From Rhizophagus irregularis (taxonomy: Eukaryota): a DNA stretch of 64,000 nt. Both the position numbers and the translations under genes were made by a program. This document shows positions 23,521 through 36,718 of the stretch, piece after piece (position 1 is the stretch's first letter; each line of letters starts with the position of its first letter). Where the stretch lies: the NCBI RefSeq assembly GCF_026210795.1, contig NC_089435.1, positions 2,418,001-2,482,000 on the forward strand. Reading direction: 5' to 3'. The notes under the pieces are model-generated. The model was given only the letters and a program-made list of their open reading frames with translations, ran no database searches and was not told the DNA's origin.

Positions 23521-25503
23521 GCATTCCTGAACCTGATGAATTCAAAAGTAGAATCATAAAAACTTTGCTTTTTTGATTAGATGAAAAGAATAGTTCCTTG
23601 ATAATTGTTAATCATAGTGAATTTATTTTATTGTGCAAAATAATTTTATTTGTCCCAAATTCTTCATAAGAAACGTACCATAAACCTAAAAATGGGATGC
23701 TTGCTCAACATATATTAATTGATGATCATTTCTAAAACTATTGCAAACTATTTTCTATAGGAACTTCTAAAATCCATTTACCACCTTTTATTCTTTACTA
23801 GCCATCCTATCCTGCCATTCTTAACGCATTTTATTCTTGAAATATTTATTAAGACAAAAATTTAATGGTTTAACGGGTGATACAATTGTTAAAACACAAG
23901 TAAATCTATTTTAATCATCCAATAGTACCAACCTAAATAGTTTTAGCATTTTGCACCTTCTTTTTTCAACAATTCTGTTTTTAAAGAAAGATCTATAGGT
24001 GTCCAATTTTTGTTTTTTGATGAATAGAAAGATTATAATGGGCCATAAATGATCAAGTTAACCTTGAGAGCAATAAAAGTATTTTTACGAATATATTTGT
24101 AATAATATACATCATCTTTTGTTGAATCATAAAATGGAATTCCATCTTGACGTGAAATGTTTTCTACCAGTAGTCCAGTACCAATATGACAACAAGCTGA
24201 TTACAAGATCGTTTAAAAAATATTACCATCAAAGTAGAACAAGTAGTGGAACAAGAGAGAGTATATCGATGTTAAATCAATCCAGTTCACTTAAAAATAC
24301 AATTTATAAAAATTATAATGGATTACACAACTTAAGCATTTTGAATATAACTCGATTACCTTTAACACTTTTATTTAATAAGCTGACCATTGTGTCCTCT
24401 TTAATAAATATAAAGTAAGTGACAAACTGATGGGTTCAAAGCATAGGAATTTCAATTCTTACTTTGATTTTCTTGTTTCACTAATATGTTTCCATTTTTG
24501 TAATCAAAGTTTATTCATCATCATCAGCCTAAGATACAATATACATCAAGTTTTTAACACTAAGTGCACGGTGTGACCATTTGGATGTTGATTTTTTTGA
24601 TAAAAATTTAAACTATTATGTTAATAAAAAAAATTTATTTTATATAGCTAAAGTACGCAACAAAAGTATGCAGCAATTCATTTATAAGTTTATTGAAAAT
24701 ATTAAAAAAAAAAATTCCAGACTATAATGATAAAATAATTTAACCTTAGATTTCAACTAAATTTTTCCCTCTTTCACAATTAGAAAGTAATTTATGAACT
24801 TTTAAACTCAAAGTTTATTTAAAAATCAATATTATTAAGTTGATGATATTGCTGCCCGAAAATTAATGATTTTAAATTGAAATTTTCAAATGTCAAAAAG
24901 ATCTACTTAGCCCCAAACTTTCGGTTAAAAGTAAATCCAAACTTAATCAAACTACTTGGTGATGATTTAGTTAATATTTTAAATAAATTCTTATATTGGA
25001 GACCTCTTTCAACCTTAATAACTAACTCAAAAAATGTTGACAATTAATTAATAACCTTTCAAATTCAATAAGAACATAATCTTTAACACTGGTCAAAGTG
25101 GCATGATGTGATGATGTTTATGGCTCAGAAATAGCTGATAAATTTTGTTATCCCGATTGCAATTAAGAAATCTCCACTAAATTTGATTTATAGATTGAAA
25201 CGGTAATATTTATTGTAAATTTTATGATTTTAAATTTAATTTACAAATTTATAATGTGGAAATTCCGAATAAATTATTGTTAAATTTAATATCTACGTAT
25301 ACTGCACATATAATAAAATTTAATTAAATTATGATAATTAATTTACAATGCATAAATTTCAAGTAAATTTTGAAATTTCAATTAAATGCAAGTTGATGAA
25401 GCGTAAAAATTATCTATTATACGAATAGAATTATTATTTTGTGCTTAATAAAATATATACAGGAATTATAATCATTCTACTAACCTTATAAGCATTAGTA
25501 ACT

Positions 25504-26810
25504 TTATTTGGCCGCTCTAGAACATGTATTTCGGAAAACTGGTTTTAAGTTTGATTTTCGTTTTTTAGTAGTCTTTGGAGCAGGTTTTGGTGGTTTCACT
25601 AATTCCTGATCACGCTGATCATTTGCGTTTCTATCAACTTGCTTGGATAATGATTGATCACATGTATTATTTAGTTCGATATCAAGTCTTGTAGAACTTG
25701 CTAATAATGCTTCTTCAGAAACTGTCATTATCTACAAAAATAAAACTGAGTTTAATAATTAAAAAATTAACTTAACTTGAATCTATTTTAACTGACCTGA
25801 TTATTATTGTCCAACAAGGAATACTGCTCAGAATTTGTAACTTTATTATTGAAATTATTCAATGATCTTGTTAAATCACTTTCAAAGCCCTCTAAAAAAG
25901 CAATTATTATTAATAAATTTTAATTAAACAGTTAAATTATACAGTTAAATTATAAATTTACCTGTTACTGAATCAACATTCATTTGAGTAGACTTCGCTA
26001 TATCTTGATTTATGGTTTCATATTCTGAATCTGAGTCTACTGCATTATAAATACCAGTATTTAGATTGTATGATTTCTTAATAGCCCAACGCGGAAAATT
26101 TGATGATATTGGGCAGGCTGGAATGAATGATACTAGTTGACGAAATTTATCTTTATTTGGAGATACTGGTATATGTTGATTAGGAGTTGTTATTCCACTA
26201 ACAGAACCTTTGTGTAACTTTGCTTGACGTTGTTGTTCAACCTTAACTTTAGCATCAATAATATCACGCACTTTAATAGTCTAATGCAGTTAAAAAAGTT
26301 ATAATATTTATAATTTTTAAAATATTTTAATATAAAGTATCATAATTACCTCATTACTACATCAAGGGATGAAAGGAACATAATTTCTTCTGAAATTTCA
26401 TCATTAGCTTTATCTTTAATTGTGGCTTTGTCTTCACTAATTTCAAGTGATATTAATTCTCGTGCAAATAGTGCTTAATTTCTTTAATTGGATGTCCTAA
26501 TATTTTCACATCAAATGTATCAATAACACTATTTCGAGCATTAAATTTCTATAAAATTAAAATAGAGATTATTAATATTGCAAAAATGAACATTTTATAT
26601 GATTGTATATGATAGTTTATTTTATATTAACATACCTTTAATGTTCTATTGTTACGGCGGTTATTAATTTTTATAGCCTTTGATTTTTCTGGTGAAGATT
26701 TGAAGACATTACGTCTTGTTCCAAAATAAGTGTTACATATCTGTCTAATCATCTCTTCCGACAATATTTCATTTTTTTCTACAAAACAAATTCGATATGA
26801 GGGAATATTT
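25504..26810 (-). pseudogene. Multi-exon gene or relic of unknown function
   Basis: Several coding-like minus-strand blocks bounded by GT/AG sites (e.g. ORFs 25945-26271 and 25504-25728). At least one block appears disrupted. No recognised domain. Confidence 0.4.
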
Positions 26811-27824
26811 TTGATTTTTTTAGAATATTTTAATTAGTGTAAGAAGTTTTTTTATTAAGTTGAAGTTTTCTAAAAGAATATGATGAGAATAGATTTTTTT
26901 ATTGTTCATTCTTGCATTCCGGAAAAAAGTCATTTTTTTTAATAAAAAATTGGTTTTCATTTGATATTTAATAAAAAGATCTAAATTTTTTTATTTCAGT
27001 TTTTTTTTTCGATAATTTCGATAATAAAATAAAGGAGGTTGCAATTTAAACATGGGAAAAAAATCTATTTTGGAAATTTTTTTTTTAGAAGCACGATTTA
27101 TTTATTATTTTTATTTATTATTTCAGCTTCATCATCTGAAATTTTGCTGAATATGTGTTAAAAATTTTTTTTTATTATTTCATGATTTATGAAAATATAT
27201 AAAAGCCATCGATTCACAGTATATCCGAAAAATTCCGTATATTTGTAATATTTTTAATAAGGTTTAAAATTTTTTTCATTTAATTTGTAATTTAAAAAAA
27301 TTCAATGAATCATAAGGAGGGTGGGCGCTAATACTCTTATATTTAGGTTCATTATTCTTATTCCGAAATCCAATAATCTAAATCTAAGATATTAAAAATT
27401 CGTGGGCAAAGTTTTCATGTTGATCACATTACAAATTGTTTTGATGATCGAGTTTATGAGTCACTTTATTTATAAAAAATATAAAAAAATTGGAATACAA
27501 TATTTTAAAGAGTACTACAGATTACCAAATAGGAAAAAGTTTATTGTCTAATTTTTACTCTACGATAATCTGTTTATTTTTATTTTATAATACCTTCTTC
27601 GTTATTATAGAAAAATGGCTAGTTATTTATTAAACATGTAATTTCTCATATGGACCGAAAAAAATTATGACTTCTACTTTTGATTAAAATATTAATATTC
27701 CTTTTTAGTAACTCATTCATTTCATATTAAATAAAAAAAAACTTTCGTCTAAAAAAAAAAAATTGTTTAAAAGAAAATAAAAATAAAATTTATTTCTGGT
27801 AAAATAAATTCCTAAAATAATTAA

Positions 27825-29646
27825 ATGGAAACTAAATTGAGTAATTTAAATACCCCAGACAAAGATACTAATACATTAATCAACAAAAATTGTTTATATT
27901 GCAATAGATCTACTAAAGAATTATTGTGTAAAGAATGTATTATTTCTTTTGGCAAATTAGCCGAAAATGGTGATGAAGTAGCAATGTTTATATTAGCCAA
28001 TAGCTATTATTTTGGGAAGGAACAGAAAAGAATTTAGAAAAAGCCTTTCATTGGTATAAAAAAGCAGCAGAAAATGGTAATGAAAGTGCAATGTTTAATT
28101 TAGCCACATTTTATGAAAATGGAGAAGGAATAGAAAAGAATTTAGAAAAGGCCTTTTATTGGTATCAAGAAGCAGCAGAAAATGGTAATGAAAAGGCAAT
28201 GTATGATTTAGCCATGTGTTATTGTAATGGTGAAGGAACAGAAAAGAATTTAGAAAAGGCCTTTTATTGGCGTCAAAAAGTAGTAGAAAGAAATAAAGTA
28301 AATCCTAACAATGATGTTGGATTATGTAATGAATATAAACAACCATATACTGATTACCAGTGGTGTCAACAATGTAATACTAAATGTTTTCAGCAAGATT
28401 TTTTAAAGTGGACTAGTAAAAATGAATCAAGGAGCACAACTAAATGCTAAAAATAGTTATGAAATTTTAGAGTGGATACCTTATAATAAATTGTCAAATA
28501 TTAATTACCATGATAAAGGAGGATTTAGTGAAATTCATAAAGCTATCTGGTCAGATGGGCCTATTTATAGTTGGAATATTGACAAAGAACAATGGGATAG
28601 ACAAACAGATTATGAGGTCATTCTTAAAACACTTAATAATTCATCAAGTTTAAATAGCAAATTTCTGGATGAGGTAAAGTACTTATATTCAATTGTACAT
28701 TTTTTTTCTTTTGCAAAAATTTAATAATTATTTATCATTTATATAGTGGAAATATCATTATAATTGTCTGAAAAAGTCATTTTCAAAATTTATTCAATTT
28801 TTTGGATTTACCCAAGATCCATATAATTTAAATTATATAATAATAATGAGTTATGCAAAAAAAGGAAATGTGAGAAAATGTTTGCCTAATATAGTTAAAT
28901 TTAAGTGGCAAGAAAGGCTACAATTATTGGAAAAAATTATATTAGGGCTTAAAGTAATCCATGAATCAAATTTAACTCATGGTGATTTTCATGATGGTAA
29001 TATTTTAATGTCAGATAATTACAATGAGTTATTAATAATTGATTTAGGATTATGTAAACCTATGAGTGATTTACAAGATTCTGATAATAAAGTTAATGAA
29101 ATTTATGGAGCTTTATCTTATATGGCGCCTGAAATATTAAGAAGAAATCCCTATACTCAAGCAAGTGATATTTATAGTTTTTCAATGTTAATGTGGGAAT
29201 TTACATCAGGTATTCCTCCACTTAATAATAAAGCACATGATCTTGATCTTATCTTGGATATTTGTAATCAAGAAAAACGTCCTGAAATTATAAAAAATAT
29301 TCCAAAATGTTATATAGATTTAATGAAAAAATGTTGGGATGTAAATCCTTCAAATAGACCAACCGTAGTGATGCTTGAAAATATTCTATCTGGATGGGTT
29401 AAATGTACTAATGCATATTATAAGTTTAACAGGGATGGTGATTATAAATTTGAAGTACCTGATATTGATAATCAATTAAAAAATGATATGTTTGAATTTG
29501 TAGAAGCAAACAAAGCATTAGGACGAGGATAAATAAGCACTTCTGATATATACATCATCCACAAGCATATTATACAAGTCGCAAACTTACTGAAATTGTA
29601 GTTAAAGAAGATTCTGAGTGTTTGGAATGTATAGTTGAAAATTGAT
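27825..29646 (+). pseudogene. Zn-ribbon + ~3 Sel1 repeats + TKL kinase, frameshifted paralogue of 18911-22675
   Basis: Same N-terminus and same intron position (28674-28746); HGDFHDGN, DLG, YMAPE. Frameshift at ~28015, deletion at ~28428 (FIDKFI lost), and frameshift at ~29530 before an HPQAYYTSRKL tail. Confidence 0.85.
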
Positions 29647-29892
29647 GATAATTATATTATTTATTCTTTATTTGTTTGATTATTTATCGGTTATTATATA
29701 GAAGCTGTACTTACTAGTTAATTCTATTACATTTTTGCAACAGAGTAAAAAGAATTAAATATTATTAAATCTAAGTATACAGTAAATTTATTGAAACAAT
29801 GTTTATTTATATTTTATTTTAATTTGCATTTTGTTTAGAAAATTTAAGTTTAATATACAAATCCATACTTCAAAATTTACTAGTATTATTAT

Positions 29893-30414
29893 TAGGGATG
29901 CCAAAAGTTCGGTTATAACCGATCATAACCGGTTTTTACCGGTTCGGTTATCGGTTCGGTTTCAGTCCAAGACCGACCGGTTAACCGTCAGTTTTATATA
30001 TAAAAAAAACCGATCAAAAAACCGATCGGTTAATTGTAAATTTTAATATATTCCGGAAAAAAAAATGATTTTGTTTATTGAGAATACCATTAAAAACTAT
30101 TGTTTTAGTGTTTTTATGTATAATATTCTCATTTTTGAAATTATCGAATTTACGCGTTGATCACGTGATTTTTCGTTTCTCTGAAAAAATCACAACATCG
30201 GCGTTATTGTTGTAAATAATTACATAAATTCAAAGAATATTATTCAAAAAGTTATAATTGATACTTTATGGCATTATTTTATTCGATTTTGCGGTATTTT
30301 TGTAATCGGTTTTGTAGTTCAGTTTTATCGGTCGGTTTTGCGGTCGGTTCGGTTTTGGTTGAAAACTGCAGTTTTAAAACCGAAACCGAACCGAACCGAC
30401 CGTTGGCATCCCTA
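29893..30414. mobile_element. hAT-type MITE (522 bp)
   Basis: TIRs TAGGGATGCCAA / TTGGCATCCCTA. 8-bp TSD ATTATTAT at 29885-29892 and 30415-30422. Subterminal AACCG/CGGTT repeats. Confidence 0.92.
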
Positions 30415-33400
30415 ATTATTATCTTTGAGAAAATTATCCTAACTTAATATTATTAGTACTTATTGAAGTTGTATCATTAATGCTAGTCATTCTAAAACAA
30501 CTTAGATTTCTATGATTCCTTTTCTAATTGAGATTGATATTGTAGACAAAGAAGTTGATAGTGAATTAATGACGTATAGATAAAGCTTTTATGTGATTTC
30601 TAAATTCCTAGTTTTCTAAAAATAAATCAAATAATATAATTATTGGCTAAATTATAATATCATGCATTTTTATAAAATTGTTATATATTTAATATTGTAT
30701 AATATGTATAATATTTTTAAAATAAGGTAAAAATTACTAGAATTTTTAAGTATTTTGGATATGTTCCATGCATAATAGTGATCTTACGTAAGAAATATAA
30801 AATTTAACACCTGGTATCTTAACAATAAATTTTGTTGGCGAGTATACAAGTATACTTAGTTGAATATCAAAGAAAAAGAGAAAAAGCGTACATTTTAAAA
30901 ACAAATATACATCATGCTATTTGCTTTCAACAATATTATATGAACTAATTAAAAAAGAAAAGCTTCTTTGTTAAACTTAATAAAATAATTAATAAGAAAT
31001 TGACAAAGAACCCAACTGAATTTTTTATTCAATGAACTTAACATAAACTGCAAAATTTGAATTACAAATATATGGATAGATTTTGGTTCATAAGAAATTT
31101 TGTTTAATATCTAACTACCCTTTATAAGATTATGTAAATAAAACTAGACACTTTAGAGATTTTGATGTATGATTCTTATACCTTGACATTCGGAGTCCTG
31201 TCTTTGAGGTCACTGCTTGCATACCTTAAGGGGATGGTCCTGTCTTGGTAGTCACTCTACGACACCACTAAGGGTATGGTATAAAAAAAATGTTATACTT
31301 AGAATAGACGTGTATAAAGTATAAACGTACTAATTATGCAAGAGAATTGGGAACTCTTTCCATCGATCAAATTCTCAGGACTAAAAAATAGACGGAGGAG
31401 TGCAAAAGTTCTATTATAAAGTTATTTTTCTGCATTTCTGACATCATCAACTGTTTATTCCTCCTTTAGGAACCTTTTGATATGGGTTTTTTCCATAAGT
31501 TATAAAGAATTTAGAGAATTTTTACCAAAAAATTGTTTCGGACCGGGTTTGAAAGAAAAATATACCTAAAAAGCTAGCGTGAGCATAGGTTTTTCTATAA
31601 ACAAGTTTGGAAAGTGCAATACAGAGAAAGAACTGCAAAAATGACTTTTCTTTTGGTTTGTTTTGTTATTCTTTACCTAGTCTCTTGTGGTCTTAAGTTC
31701 TCTTGGGATTTCAAATCGCTTCGTCTTTTTTGGTAGCACAGAATTATGTTATTGCACATTACCGGAATCAAAAATTGGCAATTTGCGATCTTCAAAGGAA
31801 CGAATAAAATTTGTGGATAAAGAGGTGACGTGGATGCCGACTAGGATCATAATGGTTCGTTAGTTGAGTCTGAGATAAATAAATGTAGACGAGTTTTTCT
31901 TGTTTGAAGAAATACCATAAAGATAAATACTTGACTGTGATCCATAATGGAATTGAGTTGTTCTTTGGATTGGTGACTAGTAGATGATCCATGTCTTTGT
32001 ACGCGAAGATTTCTGGATTTTGGATCTGGGAAAGAAGTTTAGATACGTGGATGGATGTTGATTCACGATAATGTTTTCAGAGAAGATTTAAAGACTGGGA
32101 TTCTCATCCTCAATTTTTTGGTGTATGAAAATAACACTATGAAAGTATTCATATATAGTACGAAGTCGCAGTGATTCAGTAGTAAAAATTTGTATTGAAA
32201 TTGTTATCTATAATAAAATTGCTCATTATTTAGAATTACCTCAAAACCTTAACGTGATACACAAATATTTAACGTGAATAACTGTAAAGTCAATGACTGC
32301 ACAAATTTAGTTTTATAACTGCGACATATTTAATACGTCCTCTAACTCCCCCTGAATATGACCTTAAAATAGAATTATCTTTGTTAACCAACATCTTTGT
32401 GCTTCATATTTTTATAATTTAGAGATTTTAGAGTTCGAGTTTACAAAGTATTGAATTATAACTTTTTATTACATAATGGTATGACCAGTCTTTCTTCGTC
32501 GGGGTTTTCTGTGATTTCAGCAGTACGTGGCTTAAAAATGCTTGTTTGTTAATATTGTTTGATGTCGGAGTGATTTCAGTGATTTCAATCCGTGACAGAT
32601 TATCTACGGGCTAGATCACATCTCTAGTTATTATGAGATCAGATATTGTAATATCGTTGACAGATCTAGATTATAACTGTATTAAATAAATTTGTTATAC
32701 TGTTGCCTCTGCAAATTTTTCCATATAACTTATGATTAATAAGTAATAGACTTTCAGTAAGCTTTTTTATTGTCCGTAACGTAAGCGTAGGACACTTCCA
32801 AACTGGGGAATATTAAATTCTAGGATCTTGTGTAAATATCGAAATGTCATTTTTTGTTATGTATATCACGCGTGTTTACCGAAAAAATAAGTTCAACTCG
32901 TGTACTTGAAGGTTAAATAAATTAATGTATACATACGATAAAAACTTTATACTAAAACCATTGCCAAATTATATATCAAAAATAAATTTATTTTATTTTA
33001 ATCAATAACAATAATCAAAGCTAGATGTAATTATTTAATAATATAGGGTATTAACTATATTATGAGCCACAATCATAACATTATTAGTCATCATTAAGCT
33101 AATTCATATCACTAGTTTTGGTGGTTTTAGATTAAATATCTTTATAAATTAATTGATGCAATAAATGTGACTCATAGATAATCTTGATTTTTTTTTATGA
33201 ATCATAATAAGTTATCTATTTTATTATTAGTCACTATGTATTCAAGGGGTTTTTACATATATATATATACCCTTAAACTTCCTCATAAAAAATCAAATTT
33301 CTAATATCAAACCAAATTTTTCTAAAACTACTATTTTTTCAAATATCAAACATATCAAACCAAATTTTTCTAAATTTCAATTCAAATTTCAAATTTCAAA

Positions 33401-33421
33401 TTTTTTAAACTGTAATTCAAA

Positions 33422-33877
33422 ATGTCATATCACTTGTGCCCAAATATTATTGATACTATTTTAAAGGAAATTCCTATCAACAAATGTTACAATCCTCCTC
33501 AACCTATTGAAACATTCCAATATTTACCATTGCTTACTGGATTCTTCTACATTCTTTTTATCATTCTCCTCATAAATACAAATATTCTCACCAACATAAT
33601 TGTCCTAATTCTTCGTTTGTTAAAATTCATGTGTGCTACAATTATTTTCCTCCCTTCTCTCCCCTCATATCTCTTTAATATATTTCATTCTTTTAAACAT
33701 TTATTATTATCTATATTATTACCATTTCTTCTTTATCTATTATCTACATTATCATCAATTCTCCTTCATTTTCTTTACCTTCTTAATTGGATGATTTATA
33801 TTCTCCTTTTTTCTTATTCTTTACTTTATAAAATTATCCATTTAGTAAATACTATTCTACTTTCAATCCCCCAGTAG
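33422..33877 (+). CDS. Hypothetical very hydrophobic 151-aa ORF
   Basis: ORF track. L/I/F-rich, but encoded by a pyrimidine-rich tract, so it may be a compositional artefact. Confidence 0.25.
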   Translation: MSYHLCPNIIDTILKEIPINKCYNPPQPIETFQYLPLLTGFFYILFIILLINTNILTNIIVLILRLLKFMCATIIFLPSLPSYLFNIFHSFKHLLLSILLPFLLYLLSTLSSILLHFLYLLNWMIYILLFSYSLLYKIIHLVNTILLSIPQ

Positions 33878-34015
33878 TTTAGTCATCTTTTTCTTTCTTA
33901 TTTTTTCTCAATTCATATATTTTTCAAAATTATCTTATATTATGTAGCTAGGTCCATTGCTTACCAAATATAGCATGGAGACATAATCTTTACCCTTTGG
34001 TCAACTTGGGATTAC

Positions 34016-34233
34016 TTGACCATTCTTAGATAGATAATTTTTACAAGGGGATCGTTTGCATCGCCCTTAATTGGTGTCAGAGAGATCCTTTGTCTTGTAA
34101 AAATTTACCCTTTCTTGATCATTTGACCATTCTTAGATAGATAAATTTTACAAGGGGATCGTTTGCATCGCCCTTAATTGGTGTCAGAGAGATCCTTTGT
34201 CTTGTAAACATTTATCTTTCTTATGATCATTTG
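34016..34233 (+). repeat. Tandem duplication (107-bp period) of a long imperfect hairpin
   Basis: Two near-identical units. Each has TTTACAAG/CTTGTAAA and GGATC/GATCC stems around GCATCG-CCCTTAAT-TGGTGT. Confidence 0.85.
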
Positions 34234-36070
34234 ATCTATCTCATGTGATTTTCTTCTTCACATGTGATATCCTTTATTTCATTCCTTTGTTGAGTTCTTT
34301 CCTTAATAACTTATCAACTCAACAAAATCCATCACCGTTGGTTCCACAATTTCTGTGTCCAAGTTCAATTCTTGGAGGTGATTTTCTTTAGTTTATCTTC
34401 TTTTTTTTCAATTTTCTTTCTTCTTTTGTAGGAGTTCCAGACGAAATTATAAACTAGACTTTGGGTAGAAAATATTTTATTATTTGTTTTTTTAGTAGTA
34501 TTTTTAACATTACTTATTTTTCTTTTTCTTGTAGGGATTACTGAGACGAACTGGACTCAACAATGATGGTATTTTCAGTTTCTTCGTGCGGTAATGTTAA
34601 GTGTTTGAAAATCTAATGACAGAGTTGAAGTCCTGCCAACACTCCCATCAATTTATTATCCAATTAAAGCCACGGGAGAATACATAACAGATAGACAAGA
34701 TAACTACGATATACATTATGTTGAGATTCTGCAATGCCATGTTAGTGAAAATATTCTTGAACCTGATAGCAAAGTATTATCACCAAATCGAGAATTTATC
34801 TTACTTGGTTAAATAACTAAAATAAATATTTTTATAATAATTGTATTGTAAAATTGTATTTTATTGGTTTTTTGTTCATGTTAGCAGAATACGCTTAATT
34901 AAATAATACAATATTTATTATTAATAAATTTTTTTCATAAGGATTTATATACTTAATAATGTCGACTATTTTAACGTTCAAATAAAAGAAAAGGTAAGCA
35001 AAACAGGTACAATCGGTGCCAATTTTGACTGTGATATGACTACCTGAAAGACTGTCCAAAGATTAACCGAAGAAAATTTTATCAAGAGTGAGTAATAAAT
35101 TAAATTATTTTATATTTTATCACTTTTGATATTAATGAAACATCCTTTTTCTTTTTTAGACTTGAATCTAGTTGTTGATGGTGAGAATAATCTAATTAAG
35201 GAAGTAAAACAAGTAATTACTGAATTCGTCTAAAAATCCCTCTACAAGAAATTTTATTATTTGAATTCATTTCAAAATCTGATTATTGTTTTTTAATAAA
35301 ATATTTTTTATCAAAAACTTGAAATATGTCGAAGAAAAACCTAAAAAATCAACTAACGATCAATTTACAATTCTCTTTTTAATTGACAAAAATACTTAGG
35401 GTAATCCCTACTACCTTTACCTCCATAACTTTTGAATGACTTTTTTCTGTCGTAGAAAATCATATACAGAGAAAAGAAATTTTATTGAATTCTGGTTTAT
35501 TGGGAAAAATGATAATTTCTAAAGTATAATATGTAAAGCTATGGATCATATAATGTAGATTGAGATGTAGAAAAGTATGATCACAGATGAAATTTTTTCT
35601 GAATATGAATTGAAGGGTTAATGAAAAATATTTTTTTATTGCTTTATGTTTTATTTACTATAATAATTTGTTAATTAATAAAACTATAAATTTTAAATAA
35701 AATAAATTTGGCATAAATTTTAATAATAATTCATTTAGACTTAGATCGTTGACAATTAAATTCAGGAATTCTTTAATGATACGAAACAGCAGAAAAATTT
35801 ATGATATGAGTAGTTCTTTTTATAGTGATTATTTAGTTTTTGATTATTTTGTATGTAATTTACTTTTACTTATTAATGATAAGTGTAAATTTATTCTATT
35901 ATATATATATAAACATTAAAAAAGAATATATATATGTGTGTAACATGGGTACTAGCCTGGTTTAAAACAGAAGCAAACATAACAGCAATTTTTCAATTTT
36001 TTAACAAAATATTTTAAAATATGATCATATTTTTATTTAATAATTGATTACAATTTATTCCTGATTATCA

Positions 36071-36718
36071 TCATTTATTATTTTCAATTTTTGCCTCAAT
36101 CCTTGCTAATCTTTCTCCAAAGTTTCCATAACGACTTTCAATATTATTGAATTTCTAAATTGAGACATAATATTAGCAATTTCTTAAAAAAAAAAAAAAT
36201 ATAATTATCAATTTTTATACTCACTTCATTAAATCTCTTCTCAACTTCATCATTCTTTTTCTCAACTCTATCAATTCGTTTGTCAAGTCCATTGATCTTC
36301 TAAATTAAGACAAAATTAAGACGAAAGATGTTAATTAATTTCCATCCATTTTTATTTGTCTAATATGTAGATTATTTTAGAATGACAAACTGAAACAGAA
36401 TAATTAATTGTTTGCCTACTTCATTAACTGAAATTAAATTTGACTTGATCACATAATCCATAGCATAAAGAGTACCTCCCACAACACTTCCTAATCCAGT
36501 GGAGGCAATGCTGACAATCTTGATCTCTTTGGAGTATTTACTTAAGATTTTAGTAACAGGACTGCCTAATATGTATAAAGTTTCAGTTCACATTCCCAAT
36601 TTCCAGTAAAGAAATAAAAACAGTTTTTTTTTTAAAGCCAATTTCTGTAAGTACTCTTACTTTTTTCAACTAAAGATGAAAGCCTTTGAGCAATTTTAGA
36701 TAAATGAGGAACAGACAT
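36071..36718 (-). CDS. Small 120-aa protein: basic N-terminus, one hydrophobic segment, C-terminal coiled coil (4 exons; absent from the ORF track)
   Basis: Exons 36718-36661, 36565-36420, 36299-36225 and 36154-36071 are joined by GT-AG introns with consistent phase: MSVPHLSKIAQRL...IVSIASTGLGSVVGGTLYAM...INGLDKRIDRVEKK...RLARIEAKIENNK. Confidence 0.75.
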
